A stretch of 42,607 bases of DNA. It comes from Burkholderiaceae bacterium. Lineage in GTDB: Bacteria; Pseudomonadota; Gammaproteobacteria; Burkholderiales; Burkholderiaceae_C. Positions 16,864 to 25,614 of the stretch are shown one piece after another; the stretch's first letter is position 1, and each line of letters begins with the position of its first letter. Under the pieces are notes generated by a model. That model was not told the origin of the DNA and did no database searches. It was given only the letters and a program-made list of their open reading frames with translations. The position numbers were made by a program, and so were the translations under genes. Location: contig JAFGXB010000030.1 in the NCBI GenBank assembly GCA_016936875.1, forward strand, positions 1 to 42,607, in the 5' to 3' direction.

Positions 16864-19443
16864 TCAATACCCGCCGAGGGGACGGTCTGCGGCGTTGGCG
16901 TGGGCGAAGTAACGTCGGCTGATGTCGTCGGACAGGCGCCAGGCGCTGTCGACCGACTGGGTAAGCGTGAGCTCCAGCCAGGTGAAGTGCGACGTGTTGG
17001 TGTGGGTGCACAGCTCAGGCAGATGCCAGTCGTCCGGGTCGGGGGCGAGTTCCATGAGCGCCTGGCGATCCGCGCTGTCTCCGGGCAGCTTGGCCATGCG
17101 CGCGCGCAGGGTTTGCGCCACCCAGCCCAGGGCGCGGGGGTTTTCGCGGTCGAGCATGAGCAGGTCGAGCAGGGGCGGAATTTCCAGCCGCTTCTGATAG
17201 AGGGCGCGGTAGGTGATGGTGCTGTCGAACAGCGCCAGCAGCAGGTTGAAGCCGCTGTCGGTATGCACCGCGCCGGTGCGAAAGGCAACGCCCAGCGCAT
17301 CGCCGAGCAGCACGAGCCGCTCGATGTGGCGGCCGATGCTGAGCAGTCGCCAGCCGTCGTCGCGGGTCATGCGGTCGGTCTGCGCGCCGGTGATGGCGCT
17401 GAGCACTTCGGTAAGTTGCTCCAGGCCGCGCAGCGCCTGTGTGGATTGCAATTCCTCGCGCCGTGCGCCCGAGGGCAGGAGTTCGAGCGCGGTGGCCGAG
17501 GCGATCCACTGCCGGTGGTCGCCGCCCAGCCGCTCGCGGACCTGGGAGGCGGCGTTGCCCAGTGCCTGCAGGTTTTGCACGATGCCGCCCTGGTGCTGCC
17601 CTGGCACGAGGCCGCGCACGATGCAGCGCTCGAAGCCCTGCGGGTTGTCGCAGAGCGCGGGCGCGTCCTGCGCGATGAGGCCGGTGCTGCGGCACCATTG
17701 GTCAAGCATGTCGCGCGGGGCAGGGCCCATGTCGTCGTCGCCCGAGAGCGCGCGCAGGGTGATGCGCGCCAGCCGGGCGCTGAATTCGGCGCGCTCGCAA
17801 TAGCGGCCGAGCCAGAACAGGTTTTCGGCCGCGCGGCTGGTGACCACGCGGTGATGGTTGACCAGGTCTTGCGGGCGCATCGGTGCGGGCAGCAGGGTGG
17901 AGTCGTCCACCGCGTCGCCGGTGATGACCCAGGCGTCCTGACTGCTGCCGCCGCGCTGCATGGAGACGGTGTTGCCACCGCGCGGCGCGGTGCGCACCAG
18001 CCCGCCGGGCAGCACTCGCCAGCCGCCCTGGCCGTCGGAAATGGCATAGACCCGCAGCATGGCCGCGCGGGCGGCGAGGCGGTCGTCGCTCCACACCGGC
18101 ACATGCGGCAGGGGTTGATATTGCTGCAGGGTGACCAGCGCCGGGTTGGCCTGCACCCGTTCGCGCCAGGGCGGAAGCTGGCCGAAGTCGAGGCTGGCCA
18201 TGACGGTGGGATCGAAGCCGCAGTCGGCATGCACCGGCTTGATGACCCAGGAGCGCATATCGTCCAGAGGATCGTCGCACACGCCCGGTTCGCCGCACCA
18301 CCAGGTGGGCAGCGAAGGCAGTTTGAGCGGCTCGCCCAGCAGGGTTTCGCACAGCTTGGGCAGAAAGCCCTGCACCGCGGGCGATTCGAGAAAGCCCGCG
18401 CCGAGCGCGTTGGCCACGAGCACATTGCCCGCGCGCACCGCCTGCAGCAGCCCGGCGACGCCCAGCATGGAATCGGGGCGCAGTTCCAGCGGGTCGCAGA
18501 AACTGTCATCCAGCCGTCGCAGCACCACATGCACCGGCTCCAGGCCGCGCAGGGTCTTGAGGAACAGGCGGTCTTCGCGCACGGTCAGATCGCTGCCTTC
18601 GGCCAGGGTGATGCCCAGGTAGCGTGCCAGATACACCTGTTCAAAATACGTCTCGCTGTACGGCCCGGGGGTCAGCAGCACCACGCGGCTACCCACGCCG
18701 CCGGGCGATAGCCGCAGCAGCGTGTCCATCAGCAGCCGATAGCTGGCGGCCAGGCGCTGCACCTTGAGCTGGCTGAACGCGTCTGGAAACAGGCGGGAGA
18801 TCAGGATGCGGTTTTCCAGCAGATAACCCAGGCCCGACGGGGCCTGCACCCGCTGGTTGACCACGCGCCACACGCCGTCTGGCCCGCGCGCCAGATCGAA
18901 GGCGGCGATGTGCAGCCAGATGTTGCCGGGCGGCGTATGGCCGTGCAGGGCGCGCAGATAGCCGGGGTGTCCCTGCACCAGGGCGGGTGGCAACAGCCCT
19001 TCCTTGAGGGTGCGCTGCGCTCCGGTGTAAATGTCGGCAAGGATGGTATTGAGCAGCGCGGCGCGTTGCGCTGCTCCCGAGGAGATCTGGGCCCAGGAGG
19101 CCGCATCGATCAGCAGCGGGAACAGATCGACCGACCACGCCCGCACGGCCTGCGCGGCATCGGCGTGGACGTTGTAGGTCACGCCATCGTCGTGGATCTG
19201 CTGCAGGAGTTGTTGCTGGCGCGCTCCCAGGGTGTCGAATCCGCCGGGCCCGAGCAGCCGGAAAAATTGTTCCCAGAGTGGCGACAGTGGCGTCCCCGTG
19301 TCGCCGCTTGAAACCTGGCCGCGCAGTTCATCCCAGTGGCCGCGCAGGACGGAAGATGCCAGATCGCGGGCGAGGGCGACAGAGTCTTCGCCCAACTCGG
19401 TGCTGCCCTGGGATTGGGATTGGGATTGGAACAAACTAGCCAT
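16864..19443 (-). CDS. Circularly permuted type 2 ATP-grasp protein fused to alpha-E (DUF403) domain
   Basis: GVTYNV, QAPSGLGYLLENR, LLTPGPYSETYFE, LGVAGLLQAVRAGNV and MQRGGSSQDAWV, then SRAAENLFWLGRYCERAE and GRHIERL. Start uncertain (19443, 19458 or 19476). Confidence 0.9.
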   Translation of the reverse strand: MASLFQSQSQSQGSTELGEDSVALARDLASSVLRGHWDELRGQVSSGDTGTPLSPLWEQFFRLLGPGGFDTLGARQQQLLQQIHDDGVTYNVHADAAQAVRAWSVDLFPLLIDAASWAQISSGAAQRAALLNTILADIYTGAQRTLKEGLLPPALVQGHPGYLRALHGHTPPGNIWLHIAAFDLARGPDGVWRVVNQRVQAPSGLGYLLENRILISRLFPDAFSQLKVQRLAASYRLLMDTLLRLSPGGVGSRVVLLTPGPYSETYFEQVYLARYLGITLAEGSDLTVREDRLFLKTLRGLEPVHVVLRRLDDSFCDPLELRPDSMLGVAGLLQAVRAGNVLVANALGAGFLESPAVQGFLPKLCETLLGEPLKLPSLPTWWCGEPGVCDDPLDDMRSWVIKPVHADCGFDPTVMASLDFGQLPPWRERVQANPALVTLQQYQPLPHVPVWSDDRLAARAAMLRVYAISDGQGGWRVLPGGLVRTAPRGGNTVSMQRGGSSQDAWVITGDAVDDSTLLPAPMRPQDLVNHHRVVTSRAAENLFWLGRYCERAEFSARLARITLRALSGDDDMGPAPRDMLDQWCRSTGLIAQDAPALCDNPQGFERCIVRGLVPGQHQGGIVQNLQALGNAASQVRERLGGDHRQWIASATALELLPSGARREELQSTQALRGLEQLTEVLSAITGAQTDRMTRDDGWRLLSIGRHIERLVLLGDALGVAFRTGAVHTDSGFNLLLALFDSTITYRALYQKRLEIPPLLDLLMLDRENPRALGWVAQTLRARMAKLPGDSADRQALMELAPDPDDWHLPELCTHTNTSHFTWLELTLTQSVDSAWRLSDDISRRYFAHANAADRPLGGY

Positions 19444-19507
19444 GCGGCATTGTGGCATGTCGGGGGGCGCAGGCACTGGCCTTGCGCCGCCCGGGGGCGG
19501 TTAAAAA

Positions 19508-22500
19508 TCACACATCCAGGCGCAAATCCAGGGTGCAGGGGAATTCGAGGCTGGGATGCACCGGCGCCACGCGCATGCGGCCCGGGGTGTGGCCCATGCG
19601 GAAGAAGCGCGCGAGACGGCGGCTTTCGGCCTCGTAGGAGTTGATGGGGAAAGCGCTGGGGTTGCTGCCACCCGGATGCTCGACGTGGTACTGGCAGCCG
19701 CCGAGCGAGCGCTCCATCCAGGTATCGACCAGATCGAAGGTCAGCGGCGCGTGCACACCAATGCCGGGGTGCAGCGCCGAGGGCGGATGCCACGCGCGGT
19801 AGCGCACGCCGCAGACGAACTCGCCGCTGCGCCCGGTGGGTTGCAGCGGCACGGCCTGGCCGTTGACGGTGAGCACATGGCGGCTGTCGGTCAGTCCGCT
19901 GATTTTCACCTCCACCCGCTCCAGCGAGGAATCGACATAGCGCACCGTGGTGCCCGCCGCGCCCTCTTCGCCCATGACGTGCCAGGGTTCGAGCGCCATG
20001 CGCAGCTCCAGCTTCATGCCGCGCACGGCATAGTCGCCCAGCAGCGGGAAGCGGAAGGTGTGGTGCGGCGCGAACCATTGCGGATCGAAGTCGAAACCGG
20101 CCTCGCGCAGCTCGGTGAGCACGTCCTCGAAGTCCATCGCAATGAAGGTGGGCAGGAGGAAGCGGTCGTGCAGCGCCGTGCCCCAGCGCTGCAGGGCGGC
20201 GGTGTAGGGCGTGTGCCAGAAACGGGCGATGAGGGCGCGCAGCAGCAGTTGCTGTACCACGCTCATGCGGGCATGCGGCGGCATCTCGAAGGCGCGCAGC
20301 TCCAGCAGGCCGAGGCGGCCGGTGGCGCCGTCGGGGCTGTAGAGCTTGTCGATGCAGAACTCGCTGCGGTGGGTGTTGCCGGTGACGTCGATCAGGAGGT
20401 TGCGCAGGGTGCGGTCGACGAACCAGGGTGGAGCGTAGGCGTCCCCACGCGCACTGCGTTCGCTGCCCCCCGAGGCGGAGCGCGTGGCTTGGGACGGCGC
20501 GGCGTCGTGCGCGCCGACGCCAAAGCGGCTGTGGCTGGCGCGCAGTGCGGCCAGGGCGATTTCGAGTTCGTAAACCTGGTCGTCGCGCGCTTCATCCACC
20601 CGGGGTGCCTGGCTGGTGGGGCCGATGAACAGGCCGGAGAACAGATAGCTCAGCGACGGATGGTTGTGCCAGTAGGCCAACAGACTGGCGAGCAGATCGG
20701 GGCGGCGCAGGAAGGGGCTGTCCGCCGGGGTGGCCCCGCCGAGCACCACATGGTTGCCGCCGCCGGTGCCGGTGTGGCGGCCGTCGAGCATGAATTTTTC
20801 CGCGCCCAGCCGGGTTTCGAACGCGGCCTGGTAGAGGAACTCGGTGTGATCGACGATTTCCGCCCAGTTGTGCGCCGGGTGGATGTTGACCTCGATGACG
20901 CCGGGGTCGGGCGTGACCTGCAGCAGGTTGAGCCGCGGGTCGCGCGGGGGCGGATAGCCTTCGAGCACCAGCTTGACCTGCAGGCGCTGCGCGGTGGTTT
21001 CGATGGCGGCGAGCAGGTCGAGATAGTCTTCCGCCGAGGTGAGCGGCGGCATGAACACATAGAGAATGCCGCCGCGCGCCTCCACGCACAGCGCGGTGCG
21101 CAAAATCCAGCCGCCGGACTCGAAGCGTTCGGGCTGCCTGCCATCACCGGGGCGCATGCGCTGGCCATCGCCGCTGGACAGCGGGGCTGCTCTGGCGCCA
21201 GTGCTCCGATGTGGTGCGCCCGGCCCCTGGTTTTGCACGCCGACGGTGCCGCCTTCGGCATAGCCGCCACCAATGCGGTGCATCGGGCCGTACTGGGTCC
21301 GCAGCGCGGTGGCTTCGGGCAAAGACCGGCGCGGGGCGAACGGGTCTTGCGCCCAGTCGGACGCCCGCTCGCCCTCGGTGGCCCAGGGCAGGGAGTCGAG
21401 CGGCAGGCGCCAGCCCATGGCCGAGTCGCCCGGGAACAGATACATGCGTTCGTCGCGGAAGAACCACGGCCCGGAGACCCAGTGTGGGCCGCTCAAGGAA
21501 ACGCCGGGCCGGGCGCCGCCCAGGCCTGGGGACGGTTCAATTTCCTGTGGCGTTCCCGGTTCGCGTCGGATCGGCAGGGCGTAACCGGTCGGTGTTTTCA
21601 GCCCCTGGTCGAAGACTTTGCGCAGGCGGGCGCGTTCGAGTTCGTCTTCCACCCGCGAGTCGAAGGGATCGACGTTGACCGGCAGGCGGCGCTCGCGCCA
21701 CAGGTAGTACCAGGTGTCCTCGAATCCGGTCTGCACATGCGCCGGATTGACGCCGAGGGTGTCGACCAGGGCGAGGATGAAGGTGTGGGCGTCAAAGCGG
21801 GTGGCGGTGCCGCCGGCCCGTTCGTCAGCGAACAGATCGGGGTTGTGCCAGCAGGGCTGGCCGTCACGCCGCCAGATGGCTGACAGCGCCCAGCGCGGCA
21901 ATTGCTCGCCCGGATACCACTTGCCCTGACCGAAATGCAGAAATCCGCCGGGGCCGTAACGGTGGATGAGCTTGCCGATCAGCTCGCCGGCGTAGCCGCG
22001 CTTGGTGGGGCCTTGCGCGTCGGTGTTCCATTCGGGGGCGTCGCGGTCGGTGGTGGCGACGAAGGTCGGCTCGCCGCCCTGGGTGAGGCGCACGTCGCCG
22101 TTTTTCAGATGCTGGTCGACCAGTTCGCCCAGGGTGAGCACGGCCTGCCACTGGTCGTCGGTGTAGGGCTTGGTGACGCGCGGCGATTCATAAATGCGGG
22201 TCACGGCCATGTGGTGGCTGAACTCCACCTCGCATTCGTCGATCATGCCCTCTACCGGCGCCGCGCCCGAAGGCTGCGGCGTGCAGGCCAGCGGAATGTG
22301 GCCTTCCCCGGCGAGCAGGCCCGAGGTGGGGTCGAGGCCGATCCATCCGGCGCCGGGCAGGAAGACTTCGCACCAGGCGTGCAGATCGGTGAAGTCGGCC
22401 TCGGCGCCGCTGGGGCCGTCGAGCGCCTTCACGTCCGGGGTGAGCTGGATGAGATAGCCGGAGACGAAGCGCGCCGCCAGCCCCAGGTGGCGCAGCACCT

Positions 22501-23065
22501 GTACCAGCAGCCAGCCGGTGTCGCGGCAGGAGCCGCAGGCCAGTTCCAGGGTCTGCTCGGGCGTCTGCACGCCGGGCTCCATGCGGACGGTGTAGCCAAT
22601 GTCGCGCTGCAGCCGCTGGTTGATGTCCACCAGGAAGTCTTGCGTGCGGCGCGGGGTGAGGTCGATGCTGCGGATCAGCGCTTCAAGCCGCGGGGTGAGC
22701 GGGTCGGTGGCCAGGTAGGGGCCGAGTTCGTCCTTGAGTTCCGGGGCGTAGCTGAAGGGAAATTGCTCCGCTGCGGGCTCCAGAAAGAAGTCGAAGGGGT
22801 TGAGCACCGCCATCTCGGCCACGAGATCGATGGTGATCTGCAGCAGCGTGGTTTTTTCAGGAAAAGTGAGCCGCGCCAGATAGTTGGCGAAGGGGTCTTG
22901 CTGCCAGTTGATGAAGTGGTCGGCCGGTTCCACGCGCTGGCTGTACGACAGGATGGGTGTGCGGCAATGCGGCGCGGGGCGCAGCCGCACGACGTGCGGG
23001 GAAAGGCCCACCGGGCGGTCGAAACGGTAGGTGGTGGTATGCGTGAGCGCGACGTGGATGGACAT
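19508..23065 (-). CDS. Transglutaminase domain + DUF2126 putative amidoligase (glutamine synthetase-like COOH-NH2 ligase) fusion
   Basis: GSCRD / DLHAWCEV / LDPTSG triad, then GGEPTFV, DPGVIEVNIHP, GGGNHVVLGG, HRSEFCIDKLYSPD and LELRAFEMPPH. Confidence 0.92.
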   Translation of the reverse strand: MSIHVALTHTTTYRFDRPVGLSPHVVRLRPAPHCRTPILSYSQRVEPADHFINWQQDPFANYLARLTFPEKTTLLQITIDLVAEMAVLNPFDFFLEPAAEQFPFSYAPELKDELGPYLATDPLTPRLEALIRSIDLTPRRTQDFLVDINQRLQRDIGYTVRMEPGVQTPEQTLELACGSCRDTGWLLVQVLRHLGLAARFVSGYLIQLTPDVKALDGPSGAEADFTDLHAWCEVFLPGAGWIGLDPTSGLLAGEGHIPLACTPQPSGAAPVEGMIDECEVEFSHHMAVTRIYESPRVTKPYTDDQWQAVLTLGELVDQHLKNGDVRLTQGGEPTFVATTDRDAPEWNTDAQGPTKRGYAGELIGKLIHRYGPGGFLHFGQGKWYPGEQLPRWALSAIWRRDGQPCWHNPDLFADERAGGTATRFDAHTFILALVDTLGVNPAHVQTGFEDTWYYLWRERRLPVNVDPFDSRVEDELERARLRKVFDQGLKTPTGYALPIRREPGTPQEIEPSPGLGGARPGVSLSGPHWVSGPWFFRDERMYLFPGDSAMGWRLPLDSLPWATEGERASDWAQDPFAPRRSLPEATALRTQYGPMHRIGGGYAEGGTVGVQNQGPGAPHRSTGARAAPLSSGDGQRMRPGDGRQPERFESGGWILRTALCVEARGGILYVFMPPLTSAEDYLDLLAAIETTAQRLQVKLVLEGYPPPRDPRLNLLQVTPDPGVIEVNIHPAHNWAEIVDHTEFLYQAAFETRLGAEKFMLDGRHTGTGGGNHVVLGGATPADSPFLRRPDLLASLLAYWHNHPSLSYLFSGLFIGPTSQAPRVDEARDDQVYELEIALAALRASHSRFGVGAHDAAPSQATRSASGGSERSARGDAYAPPWFVDRTLRNLLIDVTGNTHRSEFCIDKLYSPDGATGRLGLLELRAFEMPPHARMSVVQQLLLRALIARFWHTPYTAALQRWGTALHDRFLLPTFIAMDFEDVLTELREAGFDFDPQWFAPHHTFRFPLLGDYAVRGMKLELRMALEPWHVMGEEGAAGTTVRYVDSSLERVEVKISGLTDSRHVLTVNGQAVPLQPTGRSGEFVCGVRYRAWHPPSALHPGIGVHAPLTFDLVDTWMERSLGGCQYHVEHPGGSNPSAFPINSYEAESRRLARFFRMGHTPGRMRVAPVHPSLEFPCTLDLRLDV
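20443..20512 (-). repeat. Palindromic element inserted in frame in the DUF2126 gene
   Basis: CCCCACGCGCACTGCGTTCGCTGCCCCCCGAGG...CTTGGGACGGCGCGGCG aligns with the comEC copies. It encodes AHDAAPSQATRSASGGSERSARG. Confidence 0.8.
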
Positions 23066-23112
23066 CCGGGCACCTTGGAGGAAGTGGAGAGGGAGCGGCT
23101 TGGAGGCGGTGC

Positions 23113-24069
23113 TCAGGCGGCGAGAAAGTCCTGGCTGATGCCACCGCCCAGATCGTTGATGCGCTCCAGAAAATGGGTGAGATAGGCGTGCAGCCCGGTG
23201 GCCATGATGTCGTCGAGTCGGCCGAATTGCAGCTGGGCGTTGAGCAGGCCGGCGCGGCGCAGGGTTTCGCGCGACTGCGGGTTGGCCACGGCGCGCAGGT
23301 GTGTGTTCACCGTCATCATGCAGGCGGCGAGTGACCGCGGCATGTCAAGCCGCAGGATGAGCAGCCCGGCCACGCGCTCGGGGGTGATGACGTCGCGGTA
23401 CACCTTGCGATAGACCTCGAAGCCGGAGACCGAGCGCAGCACGCCCGACCAGTGATAGAAGTCGTGCTCCTGCACCCGGCCATTGCCGCTCGCCGAGCCG
23501 TAAAAGTCGGATTGCAGGGCATGGAACTTCACGTCGATCAGCCGCGCGGTGTTGTCGGCGCGCTCCAGGAAGGTGCCGATGCGCAGGAAGTGGTAGGCCT
23601 CATCTTGCAGCATGGTGCCCGAGGTCACGCCGCGCGAGAGGTGCGAGCGGTACTTCACCCACTCGAAATACTGCGCCGGGTCTTGTCGGCACAGGCCATT
23701 GGCCAGCATGCGCTGCGATTCGAGCCAGGTCTGGTTGACCGTTTCCCACACCTCGGTGGTGATGGCGCCGCGCACCGCGCGGGCGTTTTCGCGCGCGGCG
23801 CGCAGACAGCTCTGGATGGAGGACGGGTTTTCGGTGTCGCACACCATGAAGTCGAGCACCTTGTCGGCGTCGATCTCGCCGTGGCGCTCGGTGTAGGCCG
23901 ACGTCAGCTCGGAAATGCCCAGCAGCCCGCGCCAGCCCAGTTGCATAGCCTCGGCACCCTGCGGCAGCAGGGCGGACTGCACATGCACGTCGAGCATGCG
24001 GGCGGTGTTTTCGGCGCGTTCGGTGTAACGGGCCATCCAGAACAGGTTGTCGGCGGTGCGGCTGAGCAT
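23113..24069 (-). CDS. Alpha-E domain protein (DUF403)
   Basis: MLSRTADNLFWMARYTERAENTAR and GTFLERADNTARL duplicated ER motifs. Confidence 0.93.
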   Translation of the reverse strand: MLSRTADNLFWMARYTERAENTARMLDVHVQSALLPQGAEAMQLGWRGLLGISELTSAYTERHGEIDADKVLDFMVCDTENPSSIQSCLRAARENARAVRGAITTEVWETVNQTWLESQRMLANGLCRQDPAQYFEWVKYRSHLSRGVTSGTMLQDEAYHFLRIGTFLERADNTARLIDVKFHALQSDFYGSASGNGRVQEHDFYHWSGVLRSVSGFEVYRKVYRDVITPERVAGLLILRLDMPRSLAACMMTVNTHLRAVANPQSRETLRRAGLLNAQLQFGRLDDIMATGLHAYLTHFLERINDLGGGISQDFLAA

Positions 24070-24107
24070 GGGAGTTCCTTGCCGGGTGGATGCGAAAGGG
24101 GATGGGT

Positions 24108-25529
24108 TTACTTTTCCAGCACCCAGGTGTCTTTGGTGCCGCCGCCCTGCGAGGAGTTGACGACCAGCGAACCCTCGGCCAGCGCCACGCGGGTGAGGCC
24201 GCCGGGCACGATGGACACGGTCTTGCCCGACAGGACGAAAGGCCGCAGGTCGAGGTGGCGCGGCGCAATGCCCGACTCGACATAAGTGGGGCAGGTGGAC
24301 AGCGCCAGCGTGGGCTGGGCGATGTAGTGGTGGGGGCTTGCCTTGATCTTTTCAGCGAAGGCTTTGATTTCGGCCTTTGTGGAGGCCGGGCCGACCAGCA
24401 TGCCGTAGCCCCCGGCGCCGTGCACCTCCTTGACCACCAGCTCAGGCAGATGCTCCAGCACATAGGCCAGGCTGTCGGGCTCGCGGCACATGCGGGTGGG
24501 CACGTTGTGCAGCAGAGGTTTTTCGCCCAGGTAGAACGCGATCATGTCTGGCACATAGGGGTAGATCGACTTGTCGTCGGCCACCCCGGTGCCGATGGCG
24601 TTGGCCAGATTGACGTTACCCGCGCGGTAGGCGCTCATCAGTCCGGCGCAGCCAATGGCCGAATCGGCGCGGAACACCTCGGGGTCGAGGAAGTCGTCGT
24701 CGATGCGGCGGTAAATCACGTCCACCCGCTGCGGCCCCTGGGTGGTGCGCATATAGACGAAGTTGTCCTTGACGAACAGGTCCTGCCCCTCCACCAGCTC
24801 CACGCCCATCTGCTGCGCGAGGAAGGCATGTTCGAAATAGGCCGAGTTGTACATGCCCGGCGTGAGCACGACCACGGTGGGCTCGTTCACATTGGGCGGG
24901 GCGACGGCGCGCAGCTTTTCCAGCAGCAGATCGGGATAGTGCGCCACCGGGGCGATGCCGTGGCGGGCGAACAACTCGGGGAACAGGCGCATCATCATGC
25001 GGCGGTTCTCCAGCATATAGCTCACTCCGGAGGGCACGCGCAGGTTGTCTTCGAGCACGAAGTATTCGCCCTCGCCCTGGGCGTTTTCGGCGCGCACGAT
25101 GTCGATGCCGGCAATCTGCGCGTAGACGTGGTGCGGCAGATCGATGCCCATCATCTCGGGGCGGAACTGCGCGTTGCCGTAGACCTGCTCCTGCGGCACG
25201 ATGCCGGCCTTGAGGATGTCCTGGTCGTGATAGACGTCGTGGATGAAGCGGTTGAGCGCGGTGACCCGCTGCTTCAGCCCGGCTTCGAGATGCTTCCATT
25301 CGGCCGCGGGAATGATGCGCGGAATCAGGTCGAAGGGAATGAGCCGCTCGGTGCCCGCCTCGTCGCCATACACGGCAAAGGTGATGCCCACGCGGCGGAA
25401 GATCAGCTCGGCCTCCTCGCGTTTGGCGCGGATGGTGTCTGGCGGCTGTTGCGCCAGCCAGTGGGCATATTGCGCGTAGTGGGGGCGAACGCCACCGCCT
25501 TCGGGGGTCATTTCATCGTAAAAGCGCAT
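24108..25529 (-). CDS. Circularly permuted type 2 ATP-grasp protein (DUF404/DUF407)
   Basis: GITFAVYG, ERLIPFD, LEDNLRVPSGVSYMLENR, TPGMYNSAYFEH, GTGVADDK and VVNSSQGGGTKDTWV motifs. Start ATG 25529 with a GAGAG RBS. Confidence 0.93.
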   Translation of the reverse strand: MRFYDEMTPEGGGVRPHYAQYAHWLAQQPPDTIRAKREEAELIFRRVGITFAVYGDEAGTERLIPFDLIPRIIPAAEWKHLEAGLKQRVTALNRFIHDVYHDQDILKAGIVPQEQVYGNAQFRPEMMGIDLPHHVYAQIAGIDIVRAENAQGEGEYFVLEDNLRVPSGVSYMLENRRMMMRLFPELFARHGIAPVAHYPDLLLEKLRAVAPPNVNEPTVVVLTPGMYNSAYFEHAFLAQQMGVELVEGQDLFVKDNFVYMRTTQGPQRVDVIYRRIDDDFLDPEVFRADSAIGCAGLMSAYRAGNVNLANAIGTGVADDKSIYPYVPDMIAFYLGEKPLLHNVPTRMCREPDSLAYVLEHLPELVVKEVHGAGGYGMLVGPASTKAEIKAFAEKIKASPHHYIAQPTLALSTCPTYVESGIAPRHLDLRPFVLSGKTVSIVPGGLTRVALAEGSLVVNSSQGGGTKDTWVLEK

Positions 25530-25577
25530 CGTCGTCTCTCTCGAATGGGCCGTCTGGACGACCTGTGTGGCGGATTT

Positions 25578-25593
25578 AGCAAGATACAGGCCA
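25578..25593 (-). promoter_or_regulatory. Sigma-54 (-24/-12) promoter of the ATP-grasp/transglutaminase operon
   Basis: Minus strand reads TGGCCTGTATCTTGCT versus consensus TGGCACG-N4-TTGCW. GG-N10-GC spacing is exact, about 50 bp upstream of the start codon. Confidence 0.7.
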
Positions 25594-25614
25594 GAAAGGG
25601 CGGCTGGTGGCGGG

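Noticed and set aside
23066-23112. CCTCCAAG direct repeat between alpha-E and DUF2126 as another element copy
   Set aside because: Similarity is limited to about 8-10 nt, with no flanking stem or second hairpin.
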